Shown here piece after piece: positions 27,548-40,500 of a DNA stretch of 64,000 bases. The first letter of the stretch is position 1; each line of letters starts with the position of its first letter. Source of the stretch: Klebsormidium nitens (taxonomy: Eukaryota > Plantae > Klebsormidiophyceae); contig DF237089.1 in the NCBI GenBank assembly GCA_000708835.1, positions 62,001-126,000 on the forward strand, in the 5' to 3' direction. Under the pieces are notes generated by a model that had not been told where the DNA came from, made no database searches, and saw only the letters and a list, made by a program, of their open reading frames with translations. The position numbers and the translations under genes are program-made.

Positions 27548-30500
27548 TTAACGCCTAGCTAAAATAGCTGCTGTATGCTGGAAACCGCATGCAATCTGTA
27601 CTACTCGAACTTCCGGATCTTCTAAGGCGCCCAGCTTTACTTGAGTTGGTACCAAGTAGTCAAAGTCGTTGCCGAGGCCCTGTACTCGGATGAAAACAAG
27701 ATCAGGACTTCGACCAAAGAGGTGATATATGTTCAGTTTGCGCAACAGCCATTTCTTTGTGGCAGATCGCGGCTGAGTCGCAAAATGTACATAAGATCCG
27801 ACGCTTTGCCATCCCGTCGCGACGAACTTGAGTTTTTGGTTGTCGAATCAGCCCCCCTTAAGCCAGCCCCTAGTCCTGATTTACCAATTTCGAGCTCACC
27901 AGATACTCGCGGCTCATCTGCATTTCAAGTCTCCGAGCATACAGTCTCTCGAATACTTCTGCTTTCCAACCTTCCAGAGCAAGTAGCGTCCCATGCCACC
28001 AGTGACTCAACGGCGGCAGTCGTTTCAGCCAGCGCCGCCTATTCTTCAGACCGGGAGCTCGACTTCGTGACAGACGAGCTTTCGCGAAAGATGAGTGTCT
28101 TGTTTCCNNNNNNNNNNNNNNNNNNNNNNNNNNNNNNNNNNNNNNNNNNNNNNNNNNNNNNNNNNNNNNNNNNNNNNNNNNNNNNNNNNNNNNNNNNNNN
28201 NNNNNNNNNNNNNNNNNNNNNNNNNNNNNNNNNNNNNNNNNNNNNNNNNNNNNNNNNNNNNNNNNNNNNNNNNNNNNNNNNNNNNNNNNNNNNNNNNNNN
28301 NNNNNNNNNNNNNNNNNNNNNNNNNNNNNNNNNNNNNNNNNNNNNNNNNNNNNNNNNNNNNNNNNNNNNNNNNNNNNNNNNNNNNNNNNNNNNNNNNNNN
28401 NNNNNNNNNNNNNNNNNNNNNNNNNNNNNNNNNNNNNNNNNNNNNNNNNNNNNNNNNNNNNNNNNNNNNNNNNNNNNNNNNNNNNNNNNNNNNNNNNNNN
28501 NNNNNNNNNNNNNNNNNNNNNNNNNNNNNNNNNNNNNNNNNNNNNNNNNNNNNNNNNNNNNNNNNNNNNNNNNNNNNNNNNNNNNNNNNNNNNNNNNNNN
28601 NNNNNNNNNNNNNNNNNNNNNNNNNNNNNNNNNNNNNNNNNNNNNNNNNNNNNNNNNNNNNNNNNNNNNNNNNNNNNNNNNNNNNNNNNNNNNNNNNNNN
28701 NNNNNNNNNNNNNNNNNNNNNNNNNNNNNNNNNNNNNNNNNNNNNNNNNNNNNNNNNNNNNNNNNNNNNNNNNNNNNNNNNNNNNNNNNNNNNNNNNNNN
28801 NNNNNNNNNNNNNNNNNNNNNNNNNNNNNNNNNNNNNNNNNNNNNNNNNNNNNNNNNNNNNNNNNNNNNNNNNNNNNNNNNNNNNNNNNNNNNNNNNNNN
28901 NNNNNNNNNNNNNNNNNNNNNNNNNNNNNNNNNNNNNNNNNNNNNNNNNNNNNNNNNNNNNNNNNNNNNNNNNNNNNNNNNCCCCCCACCCCCAGGTGAA
29001 GAGAAGCCCCCCCTCGGTGCGCGCCGCGGTGTGCTTCCAGCCGCACGCGACCTGCGCCACGCTGTGCAACTGAAGCGCATCCACGCGCGCGGGCTCGCGG
29101 CTGAACGCGTGCATCTCCTCGCTGCAGGAAGGGACGGCACGTGTGGGTGCGTCACACGGCATGCCAAGCAGTACGTCATCATGACATCCCGAGTTTCGCA
29201 GATGGTTTGCGAGCACTTCTGTAATGAAGAGCGGCGATTGCGCAGTTGTTTTTGAAAATCTTGCCGCTTTGCTGGAGACACTCATGGGTGAATAATGCTC
29301 TTCTTGAGAGCACGACCAATCGGTCGAAGTCATTTGCACAAGTGCCTGTTGACGGGTTGGGCGATTGGATAGGCAGCACAACCGTCTGAAGGGTGCACAG
29401 CAATATAAGGAGCTACCTGTCCCGATTCGTCGTGCACAGCGATCCCCACACGATGGCTGCTGTCTTCTCAAAGTCAATACGATGACTTTGAAAGGCCGGA
29501 GACTTGTGGTCTCCAAAGGCGAACTAAGACGGAGCAAACGGAGACTGCGGGGCAGCCCTTACCCGAGCCCCAGGCAGCCCTCCTGGTTAGCCCCCCACAC
29601 GAACACATCCCCGTTGCCTGCAGAGAACTCACAAATGTGAGGTAAATACCACAATCCACGAATCGCTACGATCCGCCCAATGATGCAGCAGAGTCTGCGG
29701 CGAAAAACCTACGAACAGTGCCGGAATACTGGCAAAACTTTGATCATTGCAACAGACCAGAGAACGTATAATGCAGGGCTTTTCCCCTTCAGTCGGCACA
29801 GTCAGTAACTTGTAGCCTTCATGAAGAGGGCCGGCTCCCTGCTGGTGGTGATGAATGCGGGTTAGTGTCTGTTGCCTTCCACTTGACAACCCATCAAATC
29901 ATTGATTTAGTGCTTGCGGCTAGATGTGACTGTACCAAAATCGTACACGCTGTAAGTGCCCAAACGCCCCGCAGAAGATGCCAAGCTTGCGAAAACATGC
30001 AAACCGAGAAACAGATCAATCGGCGTGTGAGGAGCTCACTGCTGACAGCGGCGGTGTGCGCGCCACCGCCGGCGACCCCCGCCGTTCGGAAAACGACCGG
30101 AACGGCGGCTGGAATGTGCACGTCCTGTTCGAAGCCCGTGCCCTGCACCAAGACCAAAGAGCGGCTCAGCCAGAAAGCCCACTGGGCCAAAATTACATCC
30201 GCATTTGCGGATTGATCTGAGGAACAGCTGGGTTGTGAGGGACCTGAAGCTACGATGCTAGCGAGCAAGAGTCCTAAAGCAGCCTCCTGGTGATCGAAGC
30301 GTGCAGACCAGCAAAGGTCCGCAAGTGCCGGCTATCCGATGGCAATTCGCGTGATACTAGATCAGCTGTCTGAGAAAGAGAGCCTCTGATCCAAAGCAAT
30401 TACTGGCCATATTTTGAAGCTTCAAATGCTGTGAATTCGGGGCCAATGCTATCTGGCAGAGAATGGACTTTTTCCAACCGAGCTTTGCGAAGCAGGAGTG

Positions 30501-33500
30501 CTTACTAGCTGCCAGAACCTGCCATGCCCCCACGAGAAGAGGACACCGTTCTCTGCACGTCAGAAATACTCAGTTAGTCGAAGCTCGACACTCGGCAGAA
30601 CAGGAGCCCAGTCCACCCTCCAATTGTAATGGTGGATCAAGTCTGTTCTATGGGCCTGCAACTCCGCAAGCAAGAATCAGACCATTTTATGATGTGCCGC
30701 TCTTTAAGGATAGGGCGACTATAACAGAGGCGGCTCGAATTGATGGGGAATCATCTGGCAAGCGATTGGAATCCAGGACCGGACTTAGGAGATAGGTTAC
30801 CATCGATGCAGGCGCTGTGCATGTGCCCAGCACTGACGCTCTGGATCGCCTTGCCCTTGAGAGACCGCAACAAGCGCGGCGCCGATTCACTGAAAGGAGG
30901 AATGAGAGGATGATTGGAAACATTTTCGAGCGCTTGGGAGCAGAACATCGTTCGCAGTGTTTTCCAATCCCGAATGTTCAACCCGTATTATAAGGAGTTT
31001 TGGAATGTCTTCGACGGTTCCACAGCTGAGAATACAGGCAAGGGGTCACTCTCTCCTCCCTTTCCGTCGTTTTCGCCTGGGAACTAGGAGCTTGACGACT
31101 GTCTAAATTGTACTGAAAGCTGTTTTTTTTGTTCTCAAAATCAGATCCCAAGACGGGCTCATTTGCATCGACTTGTTCTTTCGAGCGCACGATGCAAAGG
31201 AAAATGGTCGTCCGTTCCATATTCATCGCATGCCTTCCGGAGTTTACCAGAACGCACACTGAAAGACTCTTCGCTGTTTTGCGCTCGCGTCCTCTTTATG
31301 CGAATGAGGTGCCCAATGGGCAGAAGTTAACCTGCCGTAAAATACATCATTCAACTCGTCGAGGAGCGTCCTTCTCACCTGCCCTTCCACTGTTTCAGCA
31401 GGTGCGTCTCCTGGCCATGCCCCAGTCGCCCGTTCGCCCGAGAGCCCCAGCTCAAAACCTCGCCAGAATCTGCATACAACGATTGATGAGCATGGGAGTG
31501 CAGCGACACCTCAGGACTGAAAAGGATTGCATGGTACCGCAAAAGACTGATTACTTCAATTTTAAATGCCGGGAAATGGTTCATAATCGGCCTGCATATA
31601 CAGTCACGTAGCGAGCGGGCCTGCATTTGGCATCTGAACACTCGTGCAAGCCGGGCCCAGATCAGATCATCGAACCTTGATCCTCCTTGAATGGAACGTT
31701 CATGTTAGTAAGCCCCAGTCTATCAGGTCAGAAAAGTTAGCTCCTCCATGAGTTCTATCATGACTTGGGCACTTGTGCGCATGCATCTTGATAAAGTGGG
31801 GGAGTGTTTTACCTGTAAGCGCTAGCGTGTGCTCCGCTCCGCATGCTGCTTGGATGACCTTTGCCTCTCCTAGTCCCCCAACTTTTGCAGGCATCCACTG
31901 CGTTCTTTCGGAGGAGTCGCCAAGCCCAAGCTGGCCACTCGTGTTGTCCCCAAAGCTCCAAACTCCGCCGTCAGCTGCAGGTTCATAAGGCCTTTGTTTG
32001 CCAGACTTTCAGGGGACATCAGACTCCTCTCCTGGTGCTTGAGAGAGTTCCTGCCACAGGAGACATCAAGATGTGCCATCCGCAAACAAACTCCAGACGC
32101 AAAGGTTTCTCAGGACACCAACAAAGAGGCATGAGGGTGGCATCGGTAGGCATCCTGCACAAATTAAGCTAGGGAAGTTTTTTTTATAATCTCAGCATTC
32201 TTTCTGGTATAAAAGACTCCCTGAGCTCCTGGCAGAGTCTGAAAAGCAAAGTTGGGCGTTGGTGCGTCTCACCATCGATGCACACTGTGTGATGGTGGCC
32301 TGCCGACACCTGGACTATGGCCGGATCAAAACCATCGACTCTGGTGGGCACCTGGGTGGAGAAAAAGGCGACATTAGTGAGAGGCGGTGGATCCAGAGTC
32401 TGTGGAAATCTGAAATGCGTCGCTCTAGAATACACGTGCAAGATCAACCCAAGTCGACACAATTGACACATGGCTGACATAGGAGCTCAGAGCTGTCCAG
32501 TGGCTTGCAAAAAAGATGGTGGCAATGTGGACGTGCAGAGGCTGTCAAGTTCAGAAGCAAAGCTTTGAGTACCTCACATCGGCCTTACATTCTTGGATGA
32601 ATCTTTTTCCCCTGTCCCCAGCTGGCCCCTTTCGTTGAGGCCCATGGTAAACACCTCACCGCCATCTGCAGCTAGTAGAGCAAGTCAGCGACAGTGCCGC
32701 AAATGAGAAGTCATCTTCCAAGAAACTCCATCGCTCCAGCTTAAGGAAGACCTTCAGCACAGCCAAGAAAGGAAGAAGTAGGGGAGAACTCATCGTTGAG
32801 TAAGAAGTCAATGAACGACAGCTCACGCAAGAAAAACGCACCTGTCAGGACTACTGAGTGCGCACCACCGCAGGCCACTTGTTTTATGGAATAGTCCTCC
32901 AGTGCTTCACAGATTGCTGGCTCCTCAGTTGCCCTTTGATTGCCATGCCCCAAGCGCCCAAAGTCTGCATTGCCCCACAGCGCCACCGAGTGCTTCGCTC
33001 GCTTTGCTTCTTGTCCTGAGGGCGTGGTGGCTGTGGACAGGTGTCTGATCCTTGAGTAAATAGTTGGGGACAAGCTGCTTGCCACAATGCCAGCTATCCC
33101 TGGCCTGTTCCCAGGAGCGATCAGACTCGATGTTTCTAGAGAGGTCAAAGTATCTCCAAGGGCACAGCAGCTCGGGCTTCTCCAAGCCACTCGCTGGAGT
33201 CTAGAAGTGAGAGGTAGACTTCCATCATTTGGCCCCTGTTGATTCCCCCAGGATCGAAGTGACCGGTAATCAAGAAAGTTGCAAGTTAGAGTGGAAGGAC
33301 AAGGGTGGTGTGCTTTCTCTGTGGTGGGGCTAATGGGCGCAGCATTGCTATGTCTTTTTCGGAGCACGTCGATACAACCGCTTGTTGTATCGAAGTTTTG
33401 ATCCACATTTTTGGTCAGAGACGAGAGGATCTGCTCCTGCTGCTCTATGATGGTGCAGCTCCGGGCGGCCTGGCACAACCAGCTCCGGACAGATTCCACT

Positions 33501-33541
33501 TCAATGCTGCTAAACTGCTTCAGCGCATGCACCAAGAACAT
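27548..33541 (-). CDS. RUG2: Organellar RCC1-repeat protein, RUG2-like (RCC1/UVR8/GEF-like)
   Basis: Successive RCC1 blades: VALWGNADFGRLGHG..VACGGAHSVVLT, EVFTMGLNERGQLG, VSAGHHHTVCID, VWSFGDNTSGQLG, AACGAEHTLALT, EVLSWGSRANGRLGHG, VSAGHMHSACID, VFVWGANQEGCLGLG, VACGWKHTAA..FTWGWG, and GLGNDFDYL..IACGFQHTAAIL. The order and the terminal motifs match plant RUG2 as I recall it. One exon is cut by the N gap; the start at 33541 is tentative. Confidence 0.87.
28108..28981. other. Assembly gap (874 N)
   Basis: Run of n characters. Confidence 0.99.
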
Positions 33542-34203
33542 CTTCGTGCACCTTGCGCATCAAAAAAGACCGGAATCAGGAAGGACCTTCCTAGGAGAAC
33601 ACGAAGCAGAGAGACTCAGAGTCAGAGTCAGCTAGGTAGATGTATTATATGGCAAGCAGTTGCCAGTGGACACCATTCAAGTGCGGAGGCCCGCGAACTG
33701 CACTGTGAAGACGGCCGCGCCGTCTATTCGCCCGGCCGCCGGCGGCAGGGCACGCTTCGATTTCAAGAGCCATCAAGCTGCGCGCGCGTTTCGCTAAAAA
33801 ACGGTTAGACGCGAGCGCCACATGTGGTCTTATAAATCAACTATCTTGACGATCAGAGTCTGATCGGACTCTAAATAATGAATCAGACAAGATAATTTTC
33901 CAGAAGCCGCTTTCTTAAAAGCAAACTTAGAGAGACGGCCAGCTTCGCCCTGCTGATGAGACCATGGCTGAATGGCAGCACAATGTCAAAGCACTGGTCG
34001 GCTTCTCAACCAGGTACCCGGGATAACGGACTGGCAAGAAATGCCAACATGGTGGCGGACGGATGCAAGCCTGCCTCCAGGGGCAACGAGTAGTGATTTG
34101 AAAGATGCAGTATTGAAAGGAATACTTCAACTTCAACGGGTGTCAATGATGCTGGCACTGCACCTTTTGATGCCGGAGCTGGCAAGTTATTCCTTGAAAG
34201 TAG

Positions 34204-34306
34204 GGGGCCGTCAAGTATGTGGCGAGTTCGCTAGCTGCTGCTCTAGTTTGAATCAAGGGGCCGTCAAGTATGTGGCGAGTTTGCTAGCTGCTGCTCTAGT
34301 TTAATC
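34204..34306. repeat. Tandem duplication, period 53 bp
   Basis: GGGGCCGTCAAGTATGTGGCGAGTT(C/T)GCTAGCTGCTGCTCTAGTTT begins at 34204 and 34257, with one mismatch. Confidence 0.95.
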
Positions 34307-34572
34307 TAACGAGCTGGGCTCTTGTCCACACTGATTGCTCGGTTTTCTCAAGAATTCTTAGGTGCCTGGTAGCCAGTGCCTTGCTGGTGCACTTTGTGAC
34401 GCGGCACAAGGTGTGGAATAGCGGCTGCCACAACAGCTCGATGCAAGAATGAAGGAGCAGCACAGATTAGACTCGTGAATTGCGATTGAATCCATGGGCA
34501 TCTTTGCACTCTAGAAACCAAGAGCTTATCCCACATATTCGAATTGCAAAGGGTTACTCCAAAGTTGCAAGA

Positions 34573-37500
34573 ATGTCGGACCGGGGGTCAGTCCCGCTGA
34601 GTGCGCGCAGCCAGGCGTCGCGCGCCCCCAGCACCTTCCGCTCACAGAGCAGGAACACGGTCGGCCCGGTGGAGAGCAAGTCACGGACCTCCTTCATGTC
34701 ACACTCGAACAAGTGAGTTCCGCATGCTCGTAATGAATGCAGCTAATGCAAGATGTTATCACGAGCTGCAAACAGGAAATCGACCAATTGACAGAGGCTC
34801 TCCATGCTGTGTTGAGGGCCATACCATTGCAGCTCTTTGTCAGACCATGTGAGCTATGTCTACAAGTTACTGGAAAGTACTCTGGCCTGAAAGATTCAGT
34901 CTACGATTCCTTTGGCTGCCACAGCATCCTCAGTCCACCTACCCAAAGCAGAACAAGATTTGTGCATTTGTTGCCTTAAAGAAAGTCAGGCAGAAGCAAC
35001 GCTCAAGCATTGGCTTTGATTTGCATACTTTGTTTGCCACCTCTGCAGCAGTGTCATGGGTCGCAAGAGCAAGGACCGCCGCAGCACTCGCATGTCCCAC
35101 ATGCGGAGGAAGGGCAAAGGCTTTGAAACCACCGATGAACAAGTCCAGGTGAGAAAAGCTTACCACCACATGTTTTTCTCCCATATCTTCAGCTTTCAAA
35201 CCTGGAATTACTGGCATTGCGTTGAGCATTCAAGGCGCTAAGACATCCAGTGTCTGGGCCCACATCAGAGAGCCTCTGGATCAAGTAGTTCACTGGAGTC
35301 TGCCCGAATCGGGCCCCCAAGCCTTAAAATCTGGGCCCCGACTCCGGGAGCGCTTTTCATCTCTTACTTCAACACTCGCTTGCCACAGAAGCCTCTGCAG
35401 CCACCACGTTCTCTGCACAGACACGGGGCATATGTCCTCTTCTCATTGCCCCCAGGTGGTGGATGCCTCTGGCCGCGACGTGACCCCCAAGCCGCTGCTG
35501 TCGATGCGGCCCACCGTGCTGCACGAGCGGGACCGCCTGATGCACACGCCCTCCGCGGCGCACAGCCCCGTCAGCGAGCTCAACGACAGCTACGACAGGG
35601 CCTCGTCCATCTTCAGGTGAGGAGTCTCATCCTAGTGATGGCAGGCTGGTTGAACTCGACAAAGGCCAAGACAGGGCCTAACCCATCTTCAGGTATTACC
35701 AGCGAATCGATTTGGGCATGTGGTGGGTATATAGTAACAGCCTCAATGAGCCTCTTACGAAATTATCAGTCAACAACGTTTTCAGCCTTAGCGTCCTGGT
35801 TTGCTTGCTTTAATACTGAAGTTGTCTACAGTCCCTTGGATTTTAACCCCGTCATGACCTACCGGGAGACCGCTACTGGCAAGCATGCCACTCAAGACTG
35901 CACCAGCGTCTTATGATCGACTCTTTCGGTCTTCAGGAGTCGCTTTGACAAAGAGAATAGAGAGGATCCGCAGCTTTGTGATGAACGGTTGGAGCTCGCA
36001 AATGATCATCCACTCTTCGATTGCCAACATTTCACTCTGCGCAAATCTGCCTGAGCCCTCTAAGAGTTTGCGTTAACCGAAAAGCGGTCGATCTCTTGGG
36101 ATTCAACTACAATGGCACTGCTGAAAAGCAGCGTATACACCTGCCAGAATTCCCACATCCTTGCATAACCTACGGTCAACATATTCTGCTGACGTGATCG
36201 TGACCTCAGCCAGTTGGCTGACGCGGACCCTCGTCTTCCTTGTCTACAACAGCTATAGTCGGCGGAGCAGCATCAGCAGCATGAGCCCAGACGCCTTGGA
36301 GGAGGCTAACGAGGAAGAGGGAGATTCTGAAGGAAAGGCAGCCAAGCCTGGGAACAAGCAGGACGATGGTAATAGGCGCGCGAGTGGGGCGGAACTGGGA
36401 AGGACGCAAGTGGTGGTTGTGAACGAAGCAGCTCCCATCAGACCAGGGACCAGGGGGCAGGTGGGAAGCAGAACCATCGGGTGATACGTCCCAACCGTTT
36501 TCTACTTTTCCACCTCAAGAGTTCTTGTGTCCAGAAACTTTCCTGCAACATTGTCAAATGGCAGAAGAGCAGATATAGTCGATAGAAGAGCGGCGCAGAG
36601 AGTACCTGATGAATCTGGGGACACTGTTGAGGTTTCGGAGACCGAGGTAAGACACTTGTCGAAGACGGAGGTAAGACACTTGTCATTGAGGACTCTTCTT
36701 TGACATTGCTCTGGATTGCAATGGCCAAAACCGATGCTCTCCTTGACGAGTCACGGGCTCGAATGAGATGTCAACGGTAAGCACTTGGGGTTTCTCTCCG
36801 GGAACGGCTTTGTCGCGCTTCTGCTCATGCACTGATCTACACCGGTTTTTTCGCTCACCGCAGGACTTTGAGGGCATGATCCGCTTACGGCTCCGGGAGA
36901 GTCCCACCGTCTGCCTGCTCCACCTGCCAGGGGATGCGGTCAGCACCGAGGACCCCGGCATAGCGGCTGTGACGGCAGCAAACGACCGGTAAGTTCCCAG
37001 ATAAACAACAATTGGGTCGTCCTGCGATCGTAAAAGTACGGGGCTACTTTGCATGTCTAAGTAGCCCCGTACTTCAGATTAAACGCTAGGAACCATGATC
37101 GTTGCTTCCTCAGTTGCTACGGAGGATGAGAGCGACGAGAGCACGATCGGGGTTCTGACGCGGCTTACGTGAAACGCAAGCGGAAACTCCCGTCAGTAGT
37201 CTATTTTTTTTTGCGTCCGTGCAGGTATGCGGCGCAGGTGGCCGGCAAGGCGGGCAGCGAGAACTTCGTGGGCAAGGCGGCGCAGACGCTGCCCAGCATG
37301 ATGAAAGCGAAAGAGGTGCAGATGCCGGCCGTGGGAAAAGCGGAAGCGGCGTGTCAGGTGAGGGAAAGGGTTAGGGTCCAGGTTTAAAATGAGCGGTCAA
37401 CGATTAGGAAAGGAATATCTAGGTCATGAAGCCGAGACAGTATCTGTCTAGAGGCCGATTGCTACTTTCAAACAGTTACGTACGTTTGGTGGTCCTCGCA

Positions 37501-40500
37501 GGGCCCGTCTATCGGAGCCTCCCCGTTTCCAATTGTTTGCTGAGCTGAGCTTTGCTATAAACCCTGGTCCTATGCAGAAGTTCAGAATAACCAAAAATTC
37601 CTGTAAGACTGTGGTAATCACCACGTTTTAAACACGCAAGTTCAGTCAGAGACAACGTGATCGTCTTTTGTGCGCAGTCAAGCTCGTGGGAGCTGTATGA
37701 CGCATTTGAAGCCGCAGACGCGGCAGAGGCGGAAGCAGAAGAGCGGGAAGCAGCGACAGAAAAGGAGAACAACGCCGCCGGGCCAGCCGCACAAGCACGG
37801 ACGGAAGAGGCGGTCGCCTCAAAACGATACTCGGACAGCGTGAGTCAAAGTGACTTCGAGATGAGTATTTGCTCACCTGCCGTTGAACTGCCTTGGCCTC
37901 TAACTGACCCACAGTGCGGAGCGGCTTCCGTTCCAAGCTTTGCTTCGTCTAATCCAGCTCGCTTCTTAATCCCGCACTCTACTTCAAGCAGGCTCGGAAG
38001 ATTTTCGATCATTGTGGATGAACGAGCTTGAAGTCAAGCGCTTAGCCGCTTTGCCCCTCCCTTTAAAAGCACGCAGGTGCATCAGCCCTCTGCTTGCCAC
38101 TTCCTTTGCATTACATTGAACATGTTTGACTACAGCACTCTCACTGGTCTCTACCGCTTTTCCGGGGCAGGCCTATGACTGTCATAGGGGCTCTCTTATT
38201 CAACTCGCTTTTACCTTTTAATCTATGTTGACGGAGGAAAGACTTCCGGCCCCCACAGGCGTCCGCGTGGGCGTCCGCGCGCACGAGCCGGCGCACGAGC
38301 GCGATGAACGACGACGCGCAGTCGTCGTACGGGGGCATGGACGGCGTGAGCGTGATCGTCGGCGGAACGATGGACGGGCGGAGCGTGGCAGCGGACACGG
38401 ACCTGGGCTCGCTTCTGCCCGAGGAAGAAGTTGCGGATCTGACGGTCGTCAAGGGGCTGGACAAGGCGCTGCAGGTCATGGAGCGCGCGCTCGCGCAAAA
38501 CGTGTTCCACACCAAGGTGAGGCGCGGGAGTGGATCAGGCTCTGGGGCGCCAAGAGAGCGCTAGGAAACTCGGGATATGGATCCTGTATCTTAATCGAGG
38601 TGTACTGAGACCGGGGCTTATGAACTGCGTATTTATTTTGAGATGATGTGGAGGAAAGGATCCTGCTTGGCAGAGCAGCCGTGCATCTAAAGTTGCAAGG
38701 TAAGTACTGCTCACCTCCCACGTTGGGTTTGAGTATACTTCCAGTAACCTTTGCAATTGCACGAGTAAGCGATAGCCGAACATTCTGGGGAGTAAAAGAA
38801 AGAGACGATCAATTAATCTTTCGAAACCAGCGCGTTTGATCACCTTCCTTTCAAATTTACTCCCTCATCTGCAGCTCATCGAGTACCGCGACTTCCACGT
38901 GGCGCGCCCCCCGGCTCACGACGACGGCGCGCCCGCGGACCCGTCTCTGAGCACGCTGCGCAGCCTGCAGTCGCTCTCACTCCTTTGGGAGTTTTCCGCG
39001 GAGATTACGGACGGCCGCCAGGTGTCAGGCATGACGTGGAACAAGGGCTGCCGCGACATGCTGGCGGTGGGGTACGGCCAGTTCGAGTTCGAGAAGCAGC
39101 GCGGCGGCTTGATCGCGTTCTGGTCGCTCAAGAACCCGCAGTTCCCGGAGTGGACTATCAGCACGGAGCAAGGGGTCACCGCGCTCGACTTCAGCGCGGC
39201 CAGCCCCAATCTGCTCGCAGGTGGGCGGCGCGCCGCCTCGTTTTCCCTCCTGTCTTCTACCTCTTCTGGGTCCATTTTTTGAGCAATTTGAAAGAGCTTG
39301 AGACGCTGACAGCGACCTCTCTTGTCGTCCAGAAAAATGTACCTTTTCAGCTTTGGAAGTCTGATCGTATTAAAGCTTTTGACGAAGACCGAGTTTCAGA
39401 CCTTGAAGAAGAGGAGTAACTCGGTTCAACCACCTCCCAATGTCTAGACCCTTTTCAACATTTTCAACGTAGATTAAGTTACAAACCCGTTAAGGAAGCG
39501 GAGTGATTTTGCACCTATCTTTCAAGGTCTACATTGCCTTTCAACGATTCTATTGCCGCCTAAGCTTCACACTTTGAGGAGGAGGATTGTACCTCGATCA
39601 CACCCTCCCCGTTCTTGTTCTGAGCTTGCTGACGAATCAATCATCTTCTTCGTTCATCTGGCAGTCGGCTTCTACGACGGCGCGGTCGCGATCTACGACG
39701 TGCGCGGCGCGGCGACCGCGGAGCCGCTGTACGCGGCGGTGCACGGCGCGGGCAAGCACACGGAACCGGTGTGGAAGCTCAAGTGGGTGGACCGCGGCCA
39801 GGACCGCGGGGAGCAGCTCGTCTCCATCTCCACCGACGGCAGGGTCACGCAGTGGGCGCTCAAAAAGGTGCGCGGACGCGCGCGATTTTTGGTTGACAGA
39901 AGCCGTTGCTACAGGCTCGCCTAGGTGTTGTATGAGGTGAAGAGTTCAGTAAGAGAGGTTTGATTGCGCTTGCGCTTGCGAGTTCGTGATCTAATCTCAC
40001 ATGCAAGAGAGTCATTTGGCTCCCTTGTAATGTTGCTCTGCAACCGTAGCTTGCTAAAGAGGCGATTGGAAATGGCGCGACGTGTGCTCGCGAGCCTGAT
40101 ACTGAGTCGTTTTGTTGACATTTTTCAGGGCCTTGAGTACTCCGACCTGATCAAGTTGAAGCGGGTGGCACGGCGGAGCAAGGCGGGCAGTACCGCGCAG
40201 GCTGAGGCATTCATCTCGCGAAAAGCGAGTGGAATGTGTTTTGACTTCAGCCCGGCCGATCCTAGGTGATTATTCTCCCCCGCTTTTACATACTACCTGT
40301 GAAGTCAGTCTTCGTCCCAGCTGTTACTTTTGAAAAAGCGCAGGGGACAGCAAGTCAAGAGTGTCAGTGTTTTTGCGGACTGCTCTGCTCGTGTCTACTT
40401 TTCAAAAGGACTTGCAAGCGGGCATACCATTCCTCCTTGTCACCTCGCCCTCAGGGCCTACAATTATTTTTGCCCCACACTTCAGACTCGGTTTGACCGT

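Noticed and set aside
27641-29537. Long ORFs of 335-555 aa in the ORF track
   Set aside because: Artefacts of translating through the N gap; only the minus-strand RUG2 exon portion is real.
30463-30795. Plus-strand ORF with IRPFYDVPLF, recalling the pyrophosphatase SPWHDIPL motif
   Set aside because: Lies antisense within a RUG2 intron/exon region, and no other PPase motifs follow.
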